Source: Candidatus Latescibacterota bacterium
GTDB lineage: Bacteria > Latescibacterota > UBA2968 > GCA-2709665
NCBI GenBank assembly: GCA_965203805.1
Contig: OZ241917.1
Coordinates: 3,712,001-3,776,000 of the forward strand
DNA: 64,000 bases
Reading direction: 5' to 3'
Under the pieces are notes generated by a model, which was given only the letters and a program-made list of their open reading frames with translations, ran no database searches and had not been told where the DNA came from. How positions within the stretch are numbered: position 1 is the first letter of the stretch; each line of letters begins with the position of its first letter. This document shows positions 31,508 to 42,414 of the stretch, piece by piece. Position numbers and translations under genes: made by a program.

Positions 31508-32455
31508 TTATTTCCGGGACAGAACACTGAAGTCTCCGAGGAACTCGCCGGCTTCGATGCGGTACCCGCGTACCAGTTCCGCGCCGCTCATCCGCGCCTT
31601 GCCGGACGGTTGTACTTCCTGAAGCGCGACGGCTCCGTCTCCGGCGGCCACCACACATCCCGTCCTGCCGTCCGCCACGACCACCTCGCCGGGCATCCCC
31701 GCGCCGGCGGCGGCCGTCGTTCGGTGCACCTTCAGGGTTCCGCCTCTCCAGGTCGTAAACGCCCCTGGAAAGGGATTGGTTCCGCGAACCAGATTGCGGA
31801 CAGACACAGCGCCGCGCGCCCAGTCGATCCGTCCGTCCTCCTTCTCGAGCCGGGGCGCCCTGGTGACCCCGGTCTTCGGCTGCGGGGTCGGCGCCAATGC
31901 GTCTTTCTCCAGCCCGTCGACGACGTTCGCAATCGCATCCGCCCCCAATTCCCGCAGCCGATCCGAAAGCTCTCCGGCCGTCTCGTCGGGCCCGATTCCC
32001 ACCACCCGCTGGAACAGCAGATCTCCCGCGTCCACGCGCGCGGTCAGGCGGAATACGCTTATCCCTGTTTCAGTCTCTCCCCGGATAATCGCCCAGTTGA
32101 TCGGGGCCGCTCCCCTGTACCTGGGCAACAGAGAAGGGTGAAGGTTAATGGACCCGAGCTTTGGTATTTTCAGCACGACCCGTGGCAATATTGCGAACGC
32201 GACCACCACGAAAAGGTCGGCATCGAGGCGCCGGAGCCGGCACAGAAAGTCCCGCGCATCCAACAAGTCTGGCTGCAATACCGGAAGCGCCAATCGTTGA
32301 GCGGCCGCCTTTACGGGCGGCGGCATCAGCTTCCGCCCCCGTCCCCGCGGACGGTCCGGCCGGGTCACGACCGCGGCGACTTCGTGGCCGCAAGCGACAA
32401 GGCGCTCCAGGGACGGCACCGCGAAATCCGGCGTCCCCATAAACACCAGCTTCAC
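31508..32455 (-). CDS. fmt: Methionyl-tRNA formyltransferase
   Basis: FMGTPDFA, VTRPDRPRGRG, NLHPSLLPRYRGAAPI. Confidence 0.96.
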   Translation of the reverse strand: MKLVFMGTPDFAVPSLERLVACGHEVAAVVTRPDRPRGRGRKLMPPPVKAAAQRLALPVLQPDLLDARDFLCRLRRLDADLFVVVAFAILPRVVLKIPKLGSINLHPSLLPRYRGAAPINWAIIRGETETGISVFRLTARVDAGDLLFQRVVGIGPDETAGELSDRLRELGADAIANVVDGLEKDALAPTPQPKTGVTRAPRLEKEDGRIDWARGAVSVRNLVRGTNPFPGAFTTWRGGTLKVHRTTAAAGAGMPGEVVVADGRTGCVVAAGDGAVALQEVQPSGKARMSGAELVRGYRIEAGEFLGDFSVLSRK

Positions 32456-32522
32456 GACAGTCTCCGATCAGGGATCCGTTCAGGCCGATATCTCCCGCCA
32501 TCCATCCCGATCCGGTCTCCGA

Positions 32523-32849
32523 TCACTTCTCTTCCACAACCCGGGAAACAGATCCCCTCGCGACCTCGAGGCGGACTTCCTTGGCGACCTGCACGACCAG
32601 GATGCCAGCCTCTTCTTTAACGCCCACAATCGTCCCGTGAATCCCCCCCGAGGTCACGATTTTGTCGCCCTTCTGCAGTGCGTCGATCATCGCCTGTTGC
32701 GCCTTCTGCTTCTTGATTTGAGGGCGAAAGATCAGCAGGTAGACGACAACGACCATCAATAGCAGGGGGAAAATCTGCATCAGAAATCCCGGCTGGGACC
32801 CGTCGGCCGGCTGGCCGCCCATGGCAAATGCTTCGGTTACGCCAAACAA
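32523..32849 (-). CDS. yajC: Preprotein translocase subunit YajC
   Basis: YLLIFRPQ, LQKGDKIVTSGGIHG; TTG 32849 after GGAGG. Confidence 0.93.
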   Translation of the reverse strand: MFGVTEAFAMGGQPADGSQPGFLMQIFPLLLMVVVVYLLIFRPQIKKQKAQQAMIDALQKGDKIVTSGGIHGTIVGVKEEAGILVVQVAKEVRLEVARGSVSRVVEEK

Positions 32850-32899
32850 AGGAGCCCTCCTTGAAGGAATCAGGAATGTGAATTGAACCGAAGAATCCC

Positions 32900-33092
32900 T
32901 ACCAGCCCGTTGGAAAAGTCCATCCGGTCTGCGTCCGGCCCTTGTGACCGAAATACGGCGTTGCGCTCCCTCCCCGAATCCAGGGATTCGCGTCGGTCGC
33001 CTGCCTGTGCGTGTCCGCACGCAGACAGGCGCGCCTTGTCTTCGACCACAATGGCTCGGCCTCGCCTACAGAGCGACTTTTCCAACGGACTG

Positions 33093-33095
<3 letters not shown>
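32900..33095. mobile_element. MITE family A, copy 2, with a nested 30-bp palindrome
   Basis: CAGCCCGTTGGAAAAGTC / GACTTTTCCAACGGACTG ends; matches 2420-2584 apart from substitutions and an insert at 33000-33029; abuts the tgt stop. Confidence 0.82.
33000..33029. repeat. Short palindromic insertion CCTGCCTGTGCGTGTCCGCACGCAGACAGG
   Basis: Absent from MITE A copy 1; no target duplication. Confidence 0.85.
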
Positions 33096-34280
<1,185 letters not shown>

Positions 34281-34404
34281 TCAACCAGAACAAACGAGTC
34301 TTCGGTTATACTACCGAAGACTTCGTTGCGCGATTGCCGCAGTGCAATGGTTTTCTGCGCCCTTTCTCTCCACGGGAAGCGGCCCCCGGCCCGGACGCGG
34401 CCCA

Positions 34405-34433
34405 AATATACCAAGCGTTCAGGTGCAAGTCAA
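34405..34433 (-). promoter_or_regulatory. Putative sigma70 promoter for tgt-yajC-fmt
   Basis: Minus strand TTGACT-N17-TATATT with TGn extension. Confidence 0.6.
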
Positions 34434-34499
34434 CGGGTATTGAAATCTGAGCAGCGTCGGATCGATATCCTGTCCTCAGCGACAATCATCGCCGACGGC

Positions 34500-35735
34500 T
34501 TACCTGACAGCTTCCCTGGCATCGATGAACACGAATCCGCGTTTTTCGAGTTCCGGCAGCACGCGTTCGAGCGCAGCCAGCGTGGCTGGCAACGCGCGTC
34601 CGATGCCGATAACGGTTCCCGAAATGCCGGCCGTTTCAGCCAGAGCCTCCACGGACCGTTCGACCGACTCCTGCGTTTCCTTCCTGTCCAGAAACATCGA
34701 GTTTCGTCCGGCAGGCATTCCCTTTTCCTCTGCGACAGACCATGCCTTCGAGCGCGGACTGGTAACGCTGTCTACGAAAAAGAGACCATAGCGGTCCACT
34801 TCTTCCAATACCCTGCCGATTGCCGTCGTATCCTCCGTCAACCGCGACCCCATATGGTTGTTCAATCCCGTTGCCTGAGGCAGGTTCGCACGCGCCGACC
34901 GAATCAGCGATCTGACTTTTTCCGGCGGATGGCCCGTCAACACCGTGTTGGGACCCGGGTCCGGGCGAGGATAACCCAGGGGTTCCATCGACATATACAC
35001 CATGACTCCGTGTCCGGCCGCGGCCGCCTGTTCGGCAATCCACGCGGATTTTTCCCGGCCGGGAAATACCGAGAGCGTTATCGTCTGTTTCAACGCGCAG
35101 AATCCTCGAACCAATGCCTCGTCCTGATGCCCGAAATCGGCCACTATAATGGCGATTCGGCCCGGCATTCGATCGAGCGCTCTTTTCCGTTTCAATATGA
35201 TCTGATTCGTGCGGACGCCGTCTATTCCCACAAACATCGACAGTCTGCCGCGCTTGCGATCCTCAACGGCTTCAATAACGTCGCCGCCCAGTCGACGGGC
35301 AAGCCGTGTCAGCTGAAGATTGCAGACCGCCAATGGCAACGCGCCGGGTATGTCGGAGGTCATCACCCAGCGGGCGGTACCGTCGGTGCGAGTCGCCGAC
35401 CGTTTCACGGACACGACCCTGTCGGGAACCCCGAGCCCTTTCAGTACCGCGGGCGCCCGTGATGCCACGGAATCTGCAAACGCCGGCGGACCCGCCGGAA
35501 GCGTCCGCAACCGCATCTGCTGATTTAACGCGATTTCCCCATCATAGGGAGGAGCTTCCATCGTGCGCCACCGCATCCATCCAGCCAGGCCGACGACCAA
35601 CGCCAGAAGAAGTGCCAGCGACCAGAGGCGAAACGACAACTTTCGCCGCCTGCGGGCCATCCTCTTTCGGCGAGACCGGCGAGTCTTTTCCGGCGCACCC
35701 GCAATACCGGGACGCCTGCGGAAGATCTTTGCCAT
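34500..35735 (-). CDS. Divergent polysaccharide deacetylase (YibQ-like), membrane anchored
   Basis: IAIIVADFG, MEP, GLNNHMGS, FFVDSVT, IGIG. Confidence 0.85.
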   Translation of the reverse strand: MAKIFRRRPGIAGAPEKTRRSRRKRMARRRRKLSFRLWSLALLLALVVGLAGWMRWRTMEAPPYDGEIALNQQMRLRTLPAGPPAFADSVASRAPAVLKGLGVPDRVVSVKRSATRTDGTARWVMTSDIPGALPLAVCNLQLTRLARRLGGDVIEAVEDRKRGRLSMFVGIDGVRTNQIILKRKRALDRMPGRIAIIVADFGHQDEALVRGFCALKQTITLSVFPGREKSAWIAEQAAAAGHGVMVYMSMEPLGYPRPDPGPNTVLTGHPPEKVRSLIRSARANLPQATGLNNHMGSRLTEDTTAIGRVLEEVDRYGLFFVDSVTSPRSKAWSVAEEKGMPAGRNSMFLDRKETQESVERSVEALAETAGISGTVIGIGRALPATLAALERVLPELEKRGFVFIDAREAVR

Positions 35736-35911
35736 AGGAGCCGGAGGAAGCGTGGAACGCGTGAGGCAGACCCGAACGCGAAGCAGCTCGGACAAACGGA
35801 GCCAGCTTCACTTCCGGATCAACCGAAACGTAAAACAAGCGGAATCAGATGGGAGAGAATTGTCGCGCCTGAATTCCGGAGCCGGGGAGATAGAGCGCGT
35901 CCGTGGGAAAT

Positions 35912-36868
35912 TCAGGGCACCGAGAAACTGACGGGCCGCGGCACAAAACACAGCAGGAAAATAACCAGCGAAACGTACGCCATCAGTTTCCGAAACGGAT
36001 CGAGGGCCGAATGGGGGTCTTCCGGCGGGGAATGCCGGCGCCCCAGCGCCAACGCGATCAGTATCCAGATGAGCCAACCCGGCCACCGCGTGTCGAGCCA
36101 GGTGGAAAATCCATGTTGGGCGTAAAGCCAGTCATACGGAGGCCCCACCGCCCACAAGGCGCCAAGCGTGACCATCGCCATCCTCGAAACGAGCGCGTGA
36201 ATCTTCCCGCCTCCGAAAGCATACACAATGTGCCCGCCGTCGAACTGTCCCAGCGGCATCAGATTCAGCGCCGTCACGAAGAGACCCAGCCATCCGGCCA
36301 CGAAGATCGGATGGTCGTAAATTGCATACCCGTCGGGAAGGTCTCCGATAATCTGATGCGACAGCCAGCCGCCCAGGATGGAATCTCCGAGCGAAATCCC
36401 GCCTTTCGCGAACATTGAAACCGGCACGACTGCCGACAGATGCAATCCGACGACCATGGCAAGCAGCGCGACCACGAAGCCGGCAAGAGGACCGGACGCA
36501 CCGATGTCCATCAGCGCGCGCCGGTTGGGAATGGGGGACCTGATCTTGATTACCGCGCCAAGGGTGCCGATGAAAGAAGGGAACGGAATGAAATAGGGCA
36601 GGGTTGCGCGCACGTTCCAGTGGCGTGAAGTAAGATAGTGCCCCATCTCGTGGATGCCAAGGATCAGAAGCAACGTTCCGGAAAACGGCAGCCCCATAAT
36701 CAGATATTTCGGATTCCACAGCAGGGAAAGCGAAAGGGAATCCGGCGGCAAGGACCCTGGAGAAACCGCCAGGCGCATGGCCACCGCCATTTGCACGCCA
36801 GCTGCTGTTGTCGTGTACGCCGTGAGGGCGAACAACAACACGTTGAGCCGGATGCGGTCTCCTGACAA
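35912..36868 (-). CDS. Site-2 protease family (M50) membrane metalloprotease
   Basis: HEMGH, IGTLGAVI, GPLAG, LNLMPLGQFDGGH. Confidence 0.92.
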   Translation of the reverse strand: MSGDRIRLNVLLFALTAYTTTAAGVQMAVAMRLAVSPGSLPPDSLSLSLLWNPKYLIMGLPFSGTLLLILGIHEMGHYLTSRHWNVRATLPYFIPFPSFIGTLGAVIKIRSPIPNRRALMDIGASGPLAGFVVALLAMVVGLHLSAVVPVSMFAKGGISLGDSILGGWLSHQIIGDLPDGYAIYDHPIFVAGWLGLFVTALNLMPLGQFDGGHIVYAFGGGKIHALVSRMAMVTLGALWAVGPPYDWLYAQHGFSTWLDTRWPGWLIWILIALALGRRHSPPEDPHSALDPFRKLMAYVSLVIFLLCFVPRPVSFSVP

Positions 36869-36940
36869 AAAAGCCTCGTTCTCAGCGTGATTTTCGTAAA
36901 GCGCCAGGTTGAAGCAAAGCGGATCCGGTTTCCACGCCGG

Positions 36941-37837
36941 TTACCTGATTCCGAACTCCAGCCGATGTGAACCGTCGAGCCCCAGCGCGGCCGGCACATA
37001 GGCATATTCCATCCGCCAACCGCCCGGCCGAATCCCGAATCCAAAGGACCAGTCGCGGATGTCATTCCCCGTTCGGTACCCGCCCCGCAGGCACAACGCA
37101 CGCTTTACGCGCAGTTCCAAACCTGCATGCATACCCGCGGACCCGTGTCTGGGAGCGCGCATGTCGAGAGAACCGGTCAGCCATTTCGCCCGCCACGCAA
37201 TCCCGGCTCGAAAGGTCCCCGGCAGAGGCGCCCGCTGTGCGTCCATTGCCTCCATCCGACCCAGGTTCCGATAGCTGACTCCCGCACTCAGACCCTTATT
37301 CTCGAAGCGGTAGAGTAAGCCGAGATCCACGCTGACTCCGGATGCCCGCTCGGGTCCGATGGATTCGTGCAATGCGCGCAAGGTTGTGCCGGCGTAAAAC
37401 CCCTCCTTGATCCGTCTTGCATACGTGAGCCCCGTGTTGATTTCGTAGATGCCAAACGTCCCCTGTGGCTGCGCGGATGGCCCCGTGCGCGCTTCGATTC
37501 CGCTAACGGAATAGATGCCCAGGCTCAGTGCCACGCCGGACCGGGTGTTGCCATATGCCCATCCGCCATATATCTGCTGGATTTCCTGAAACGAACTGTG
37601 ATGGGTGATCAGAAAGTCCTTTCCCGTCAGCGCGCCGATGCCCGCCGGATTCCAGGACGCCGCCGTCTGATCGACCGCAACCGCGGTATACGCGCCGCCC
37701 ATCGCCTCCGCGCGGGCGCCTACTCCCTCCCGAAGCAGCACGAATCCGGCGCCCTTACCGGACGCCTCTGCCGCGCCTGCCGATCCCAGTACCATTAAAA
37801 TACCGAAGACCGATAAACCTTGTCTGAAGGACCTCAC
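36941..37837 (-). CDS. PorV/PorQ-family outer-membrane beta-barrel protein
   Basis: Signal peptide, GARAEAMGGAYTAVA...WNPAG, DLGLLY, C-terminal HRLEFGIR. Confidence 0.8.
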   Translation of the reverse strand: MRSFRQGLSVFGILMVLGSAGAAEASGKGAGFVLLREGVGARAEAMGGAYTAVAVDQTAASWNPAGIGALTGKDFLITHHSSFQEIQQIYGGWAYGNTRSGVALSLGIYSVSGIEARTGPSAQPQGTFGIYEINTGLTYARRIKEGFYAGTTLRALHESIGPERASGVSVDLGLLYRFENKGLSAGVSYRNLGRMEAMDAQRAPLPGTFRAGIAWRAKWLTGSLDMRAPRHGSAGMHAGLELRVKRALCLRGGYRTGNDIRDWSFGFGIRPGGWRMEYAYVPAALGLDGSHRLEFGIR

Positions 37838-37881
37838 GACACACTCCCTGCACGCGCGAAATATGACATGTCAATCAGCAT

Positions 37882-38080
37882 TTAACCTTGATTCGTAAGT
37901 CTTCGGGGACGTAAATTCGAATATGTGCTTGTAAATAAAGGCGATTAGACGGCGGATTACCAGGATACACCAGGTCACTGGACGTGAAGGGAAAGAACGT
38001 CCTTCTATACGTCGATAACACCCCGTTTCGGAGGGTTTTATCGCGTCGCCGCGTTGCTGTTTTTTTCGGATTGAGGTTAA
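37882..38080. mobile_element. MITE family B, copy 3
   Basis: TTAA-CCTTGATTCG...CGGATTGAGG-TTAA; shares CCAGGATACACCAGGTCACTGGACG with 3514-3734. Confidence 0.82.
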
Positions 38081-38139
38081 ATTTTAAACAATGCTGGCGG
38101 AAGAGTCAATATTCAATGGAAATCGTCCGGGCGAAATTT

Positions 38140-39156
38140 TCATCTCAAGGCCACGTCGTGTGCATTCTCATCTGCCGCCTTCTGAATCCTGAGCACCGTT
38201 CTGGCAGCGCGAATCACCGACTCCGTGTGCCGTTCCCCGGATTCCGCGTCGCACTTGATATCCCTTAAAAACGCCTCCAGGTATCCTCCGGACCGATCTT
38301 CCGGTACCGGTCGCGTTTCCACCCGTTCCGAATCCTTCCACGCAACCTGGATGGTATCCTGTGTGGTACCTGCTTCGAGCACGCCGTCCCTGCCCCAGAA
38401 CGTGTAACGCCAGTAGAACGGCAGGGAATATCCCGTTTTGTCGGGCATGAAGTACGACACGTCTCCGAGAACGCCGCAACCGTTGTCCATCGTCAACATC
38501 ATCTGCGCACCGTCGTGAAAATGTGGAAACTCCGGTGCGAATGCATTCCAGCATCTGGCGGCGTTCACCGATTCGAATTCCAGGCCCGTAATCCACGGAA
38601 GGCAATCGATTGCGTGAATGGCGAGGTCGTTGATCGTGCCGCCGTGTTTGCCCTCCTCGAAATACCAGCCCGGGCGCTTGCCCAGCATCAGCGGATGCTG
38701 CCCGCCGAATGAAATCGCGTGGATCTCGCCGATCGTTCCCTCCCGGATCAGCTTCCTCGCGCCGATGGTCTGTCCGTGGTCCCGCATCGACAGCATGCAC
38801 CCTACCTTCAATTCCGTCTCACCCGCGATTCGTTCGATTTCGTCGAGTTCATCGAGACTGGTGCACAGCGGTTTATCCACGATGACATGCTTCCCTTCGT
38901 TCAACGCGTGTATGGCCGCACTGCCGCGCCGGGCGAAATACTCTCCGATGGCCACGACGTCGCAGTCCACGACGCGCAACATCCCCGATGGATCCGAATG
39001 CGTGATTCTTGCCCCGGCCGCCCCAGCCGCCGCACGCGCCGCCTCATCCGATTCGCAGGCGGCCACCACCTCCACGTCATCGTGCGCGACCGCCCTCTTG
39101 TACAGATCGTGAATGTGCGCATGACGAAATCCGACAAAAGCAAACCGAACCGACAT
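38140..39156 (-). CDS. Gfo/Idh/MocA-family oxidoreductase
   Basis: GKHVIVDKP, GGTINDLAIHAID; GGAGG before ATG 39156. Confidence 0.9.
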   Translation of the reverse strand: MSVRFAFVGFRHAHIHDLYKRAVAHDDVEVVAACESDEAARAAAGAAGARITHSDPSGMLRVVDCDVVAIGEYFARRGSAAIHALNEGKHVIVDKPLCTSLDELDEIERIAGETELKVGCMLSMRDHGQTIGARKLIREGTIGEIHAISFGGQHPLMLGKRPGWYFEEGKHGGTINDLAIHAIDCLPWITGLEFESVNAARCWNAFAPEFPHFHDGAQMMLTMDNGCGVLGDVSYFMPDKTGYSLPFYWRYTFWGRDGVLEAGTTQDTIQVAWKDSERVETRPVPEDRSGGYLEAFLRDIKCDAESGERHTESVIRAARTVLRIQKAADENAHDVALR

Positions 39157-39210
39157 ATCGCCTCCTCTTTGTCCTTCTTTTATTCTAGAAACAGAACTTA
39201 CATGGATAGA

Positions 39211-39263
39211 CCTGTCTGCGTGCGTGCCACACTGCGTGCGCCAAGCCCCGCGCGGCAGGCAGG
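39211..39263. repeat. Palindromic element CCTGTCTGCGTGCG...CAGGCAGG (53 bp)
   Basis: First 14 and last 8 nt equal the reverse complement of the 33000-33029 element. Confidence 0.7.
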
Positions 39264-39920
39264 CCACCTTCCTTCGGTCCCTGCGGTCGAGGACAGAAAC
39301 CGATCTTGGACAGGGGTGATCGAGTGTCTTTTTGTGCCTGTTGTGGCAATTGCGTTTGACGCGCCAAAACGGGTCGCGCGGGGAGCATAGCCACAAAAAG
39401 CACAAAAGACACAGATGGCGCGTTTCGCGGCTATCAGACAAATGACACGGCCTCTGCCAGCCAAGACAGAATCTGGTTCACTTCCGAGAAGCAAAGGCTC
39501 GATCAAGGTCGCCTGAAATTCACAAAATGCCTATTTTACGGGCTTATTGAGACGGGAACAGCGCAATTATGGCCGCTGGAAATGTCACTTTGTTATTGGA
39601 CAGCATTGCACAGGCAATGGCAACCTGGTTTTCATAGTTCGGGTCAAACCCATCCAAAAACGCCAATTGATGCCAATTTTCGAACCTTATCTCTGAGAAT
39701 CCCACGGTTCTTGGACAGCAGTGACCAAACTGATAAATCCACAACACAAAAAAGCGATCCTGAAATTTCCGAAAGGAAAACTTGACAGTATAGGATTCGT
39801 TGATTATATTCTTTGTTGTTGTCGGTAGCAGAACCCGACGCACTGGGTCAACTGAAGGAATTTTGTGAAGTATTCGGGGAGCAGCATGGGCATCATAAAT
39901 ACATTAAAAACAAGGCTTTA

Positions 39921-39944
39921 CCCCCCCCCCCCCCCCCCCCCCCC
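39921..39944. repeat. 24-nt C homopolymer
   Basis: Direct read. Confidence 0.9.
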
Positions 39945-40040
39945 GAAACATTCGACGGAGAGAACAGGGGAACTAGTGTAGCAGCGGATTTTCAGCTTGG
40001 TAGAGTTGGAAGCCGGACACCCTAGTGTCAATCGAAACAC

Positions 40041-40070
40041 GCCCACTCGTATTGGAGGTGGGCTTTTTTT
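40041..40070 (+). terminator. Rho-independent terminator (probable target of the IIC intron)
   Basis: GCCCAC...GTGGGC hairpin followed by T7. Confidence 0.75.
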
Positions 40071-40600
40071 ATTTCCCAAGCATGAACGACAGCTTGGAGG
40101 TATAAGTCCTCTATCCAGCCTGATTGCGGCGAAAGATGAGCGAAGCGCAAGGGCGTCGTCGCAAGGCGATGTTAGTAGGAAGCGCACAGCAAAGGCGCGA
40201 CCCGATAGACAAGAACCCGATACGCGATCAACCCTGCGGGACGAGCGAGCCAATGATGGCGAAGTCCAAAGCCATCATTGCACGGAAAGGTGAATCCGGC
40301 GGGTGTGTGCTGAAGGCGGTCGGTCTTACCTCGGGAAGTCTGCGCCGTGTTTGGAAGGAAGGGGCCGCGCGGTCTGTCAAGGACCGTGGTTGTAGCGTAG
40401 AAGTCAACAGATGGCATAGTAGGCAATCAGTCGGCGGAGGACCGAACGACGGACAGGACAAGTAGGACGGCGCGCTTATGGATACCAAGCGGCAGAAAAC
40501 CCAGTTGGCACCGGCCTTGGTGCCGATGACGAAAGGTGAAGCCCCCGTCGCTGGCGTGGAACGGACGGAAGTGCGCGTAGCGCGTGGCGGACAAGCGTCT
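40071..40600 (+). mobile_element. 5' fragment of a class IIC group II intron with a truncated RT ORF start
   Basis: CCCAAGCATG, GGAGGTATAAGTCCT, TTACCTCGGGAAGTCT, GAAGTCAACAGATGGCATAGTA, GGACCGAAC, then MDTKRQKTQL...GEAP at 40478; no RT core or domain V/VI. Confidence 0.75.
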
Positions 40601-40700
40601 ACACAAGGAGATCAGCGGCTTTCTCAGCGTGGTCGGAATTGCAGTCTGACGTGATGGAACCAGACAGTCTCCGATGTGATAGTCGATATGACAGACAGTA

Positions 40701-40893
40701 ATCCTTGATTCCACAAAAACAGGCAGTTGACGGCTTTGTCACGCCGAGACACATGTGGGGTTAATTCCATTCGGATTCGCTTGATTTTCGGTCACATCCG
40801 GTGAACTCAAGAATTGCCTAATTGTAAAGTCAATTGCATTTGTTTTTCTGGGCAAATTAAAACTGACGTCGCCGAAATATGACAAATCAAGGG
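40701..40893. mobile_element. MITE family C, copy 1 (IS1380-like ends)
   Basis: CCTTGATTCC...CAAATCAAGG; homologous to 56180-56404 (shared AGTTGACGGC and TTCGGTCACATCC). Confidence 0.7.
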
Positions 40894-41016
40894 TGAGCGT
40901 ACATCGAAATGTCAGATTCGCTTATAAAGAAAAAGCAGAAAATTAAAGGTGTATCTGTGTAGCAACGTCATTGATGAAACGTGGGGGCAGGAAGTAACAG
41001 GAGATGTTTAATTGGA

Positions 41017-41340
41017 ATGTCTTGCTCACAGAATAAAACAAGGGATAGCAGTTTGCATTTCGAGTATTGCAAGGCTTATTCATTGAGCGAATTGCTTAGG
41101 TTCCCAGGGTTTGCGGAAAGAGAAACCAAATGCAAATCTAGTGACAAAGGGAATTCTGTGCGCTCACATCGAGGTTCTTCTAAGTTGGGGATTGTATATC
41201 TCCACGAAGACTTCACCGTCACAGCCTCAGGTCGCAGGGGTGAAGACTTAATATACCATCAAGTTACATCTGAATGGAGAGAGTTCTGTACGAAGGAACT
41301 GAAGTTTGAGATCCCGCCAATAACGAAGCCATCGACCTAA
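41017..41340 (+). CDS. Conserved hypothetical protein of the type seen beside MbtH/TauD NRPS clusters
   Basis: YCKAYSLSELLRF, YLHEDFTVT, EWREFCTKELKFEIP; recognised from recall, not from a search. Confidence 0.6.
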   Translation: MSCSQNKTRDSSLHFEYCKAYSLSELLRFPGFAERETKCKSSDKGNSVRSHRGSSKLGIVYLHEDFTVTASGRRGEDLIYHQVTSEWREFCTKELKFEIPPITKPST

Positions 41341-41381
41341 CACACTAGGCGCGGATGAGATTATACGCACTGGAAAATTCA

Positions 41382-41960
41382 ATGAGCAATACCGAAAAAG
41401 ACGTTAAAGTTGTTGTCAATGCTCATGGAGAATACTCCATTTGGTCGGCTTCACGTGATATCCCAGATGGCTGGCACGATGTTGGTAGAGTTGGAATAAA
41501 GGAGGAGTGCCTAGATTACATTGAAGGCGTGTGGCTGACAGAAACACCGCTACGAGCTCAATATCCATCAAAACATGCTTGTTGCGAGCATCTCTCCGAG
41601 GAACTAACGAAATTCGACGTAAACAAAAGACCCGAGACAGGCCCCAGAGACTTGGTCAAGCACCTCGCTCAAGGAAAGCACGCTATCGAGCTTTGTGCTC
41701 GTTCAAATAGACATACCACGATCAATGAAATCGCCAAGGAACCGTACGCCTTCGTCAATTTTCCCAATACCCAGGGCGGTACACTGCTCAGGGTCCCAAC
41801 CGACACTTTCCGTAACACGAAAATAAACAAGCACGAATGTGACGTGGGATACTGGCACTTGGAAGGTGAGACCGTACTTAATCACGTGAAGATACGGTGT
41901 ATCCTCCACATAGATGGCGACACTCTGGCCGGAGAGGGGTACGTAAAGATTCTCTCGTGA
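41382..41960 (+). CDS. MbtH-domain protein with a C-terminal extension
   Basis: VVVNAHGEYSIW...PDGW...CLDYIEGVW (all three Trp), followed by ~130 aa including VNFPNTQGGTLL. Confidence 0.88.
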   Translation: MSNTEKDVKVVVNAHGEYSIWSASRDIPDGWHDVGRVGIKEECLDYIEGVWLTETPLRAQYPSKHACCEHLSEELTKFDVNKRPETGPRDLVKHLAQGKHAIELCARSNRHTTINEIAKEPYAFVNFPNTQGGTLLRVPTDTFRNTKINKHECDVGYWHLEGETVLNHVKIRCILHIDGDTLAGEGYVKILS

Positions 41961-42009
41961 CTTGGCCCGACATGAGTGCTGTACTTATTGATGGACTGTT
42001 GTATTGTAG

Positions 42010-42254
42010 CCTGATTTATAAGGTGGGCGTTGGGATGTTGCGGGCGAAGTGTTGGGTTCTACGCCTAGAGTGATTGCTAGACACCGACGTAAAGTTGAGG
42101 AGCCACATCAAGCGCTTACGAGACTATAGTTGGCTTGGGCGACAGGTTGTTGTGTCATTCATTAAGACTAACGAGGCTGTCGCTTTGTTTGGCCGCAACC
42201 AAATGGGTTCTGGTAAATACACTGCCCGTAGTTTTTCGTTATGAAAAACTAAGG
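42010..42254. mobile_element. Possible degenerate IS1380-type MITE abutting the IS1380
   Basis: Imperfect ends CCTGATTTATAA / TTATGAAAAACTAAGG; shares the TTAA at 42255-42258. Confidence 0.3.
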
Positions 42255-42414
42255 TTAACCTTATTTCGCAAATAATGCTGTTGAATTTCGGAGCATTGAA
42301 GACTAAGCAAAGATGGTGATAAGTCTATATTTTTCAATAGGAAAAGGCCTTCCATTTTGTTGTATTGGGAAGCGTCGAAACCCCCAATTCACCCAAAACG
42401 AAAAGCCACGTACA

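Noticed and set aside
39544-39843. 99-aa minus-strand ORF at the island edge
   Set aside because: No recognisable motif or RBS; probably decayed sequence.
39968-40040. tRNA-like fragment (GCGGATTTTCAGCTTGGTAGAG) as an island attachment site
   Set aside because: No T-loop GTTCRA and no acceptor stem; it cannot be folded as a tRNA.
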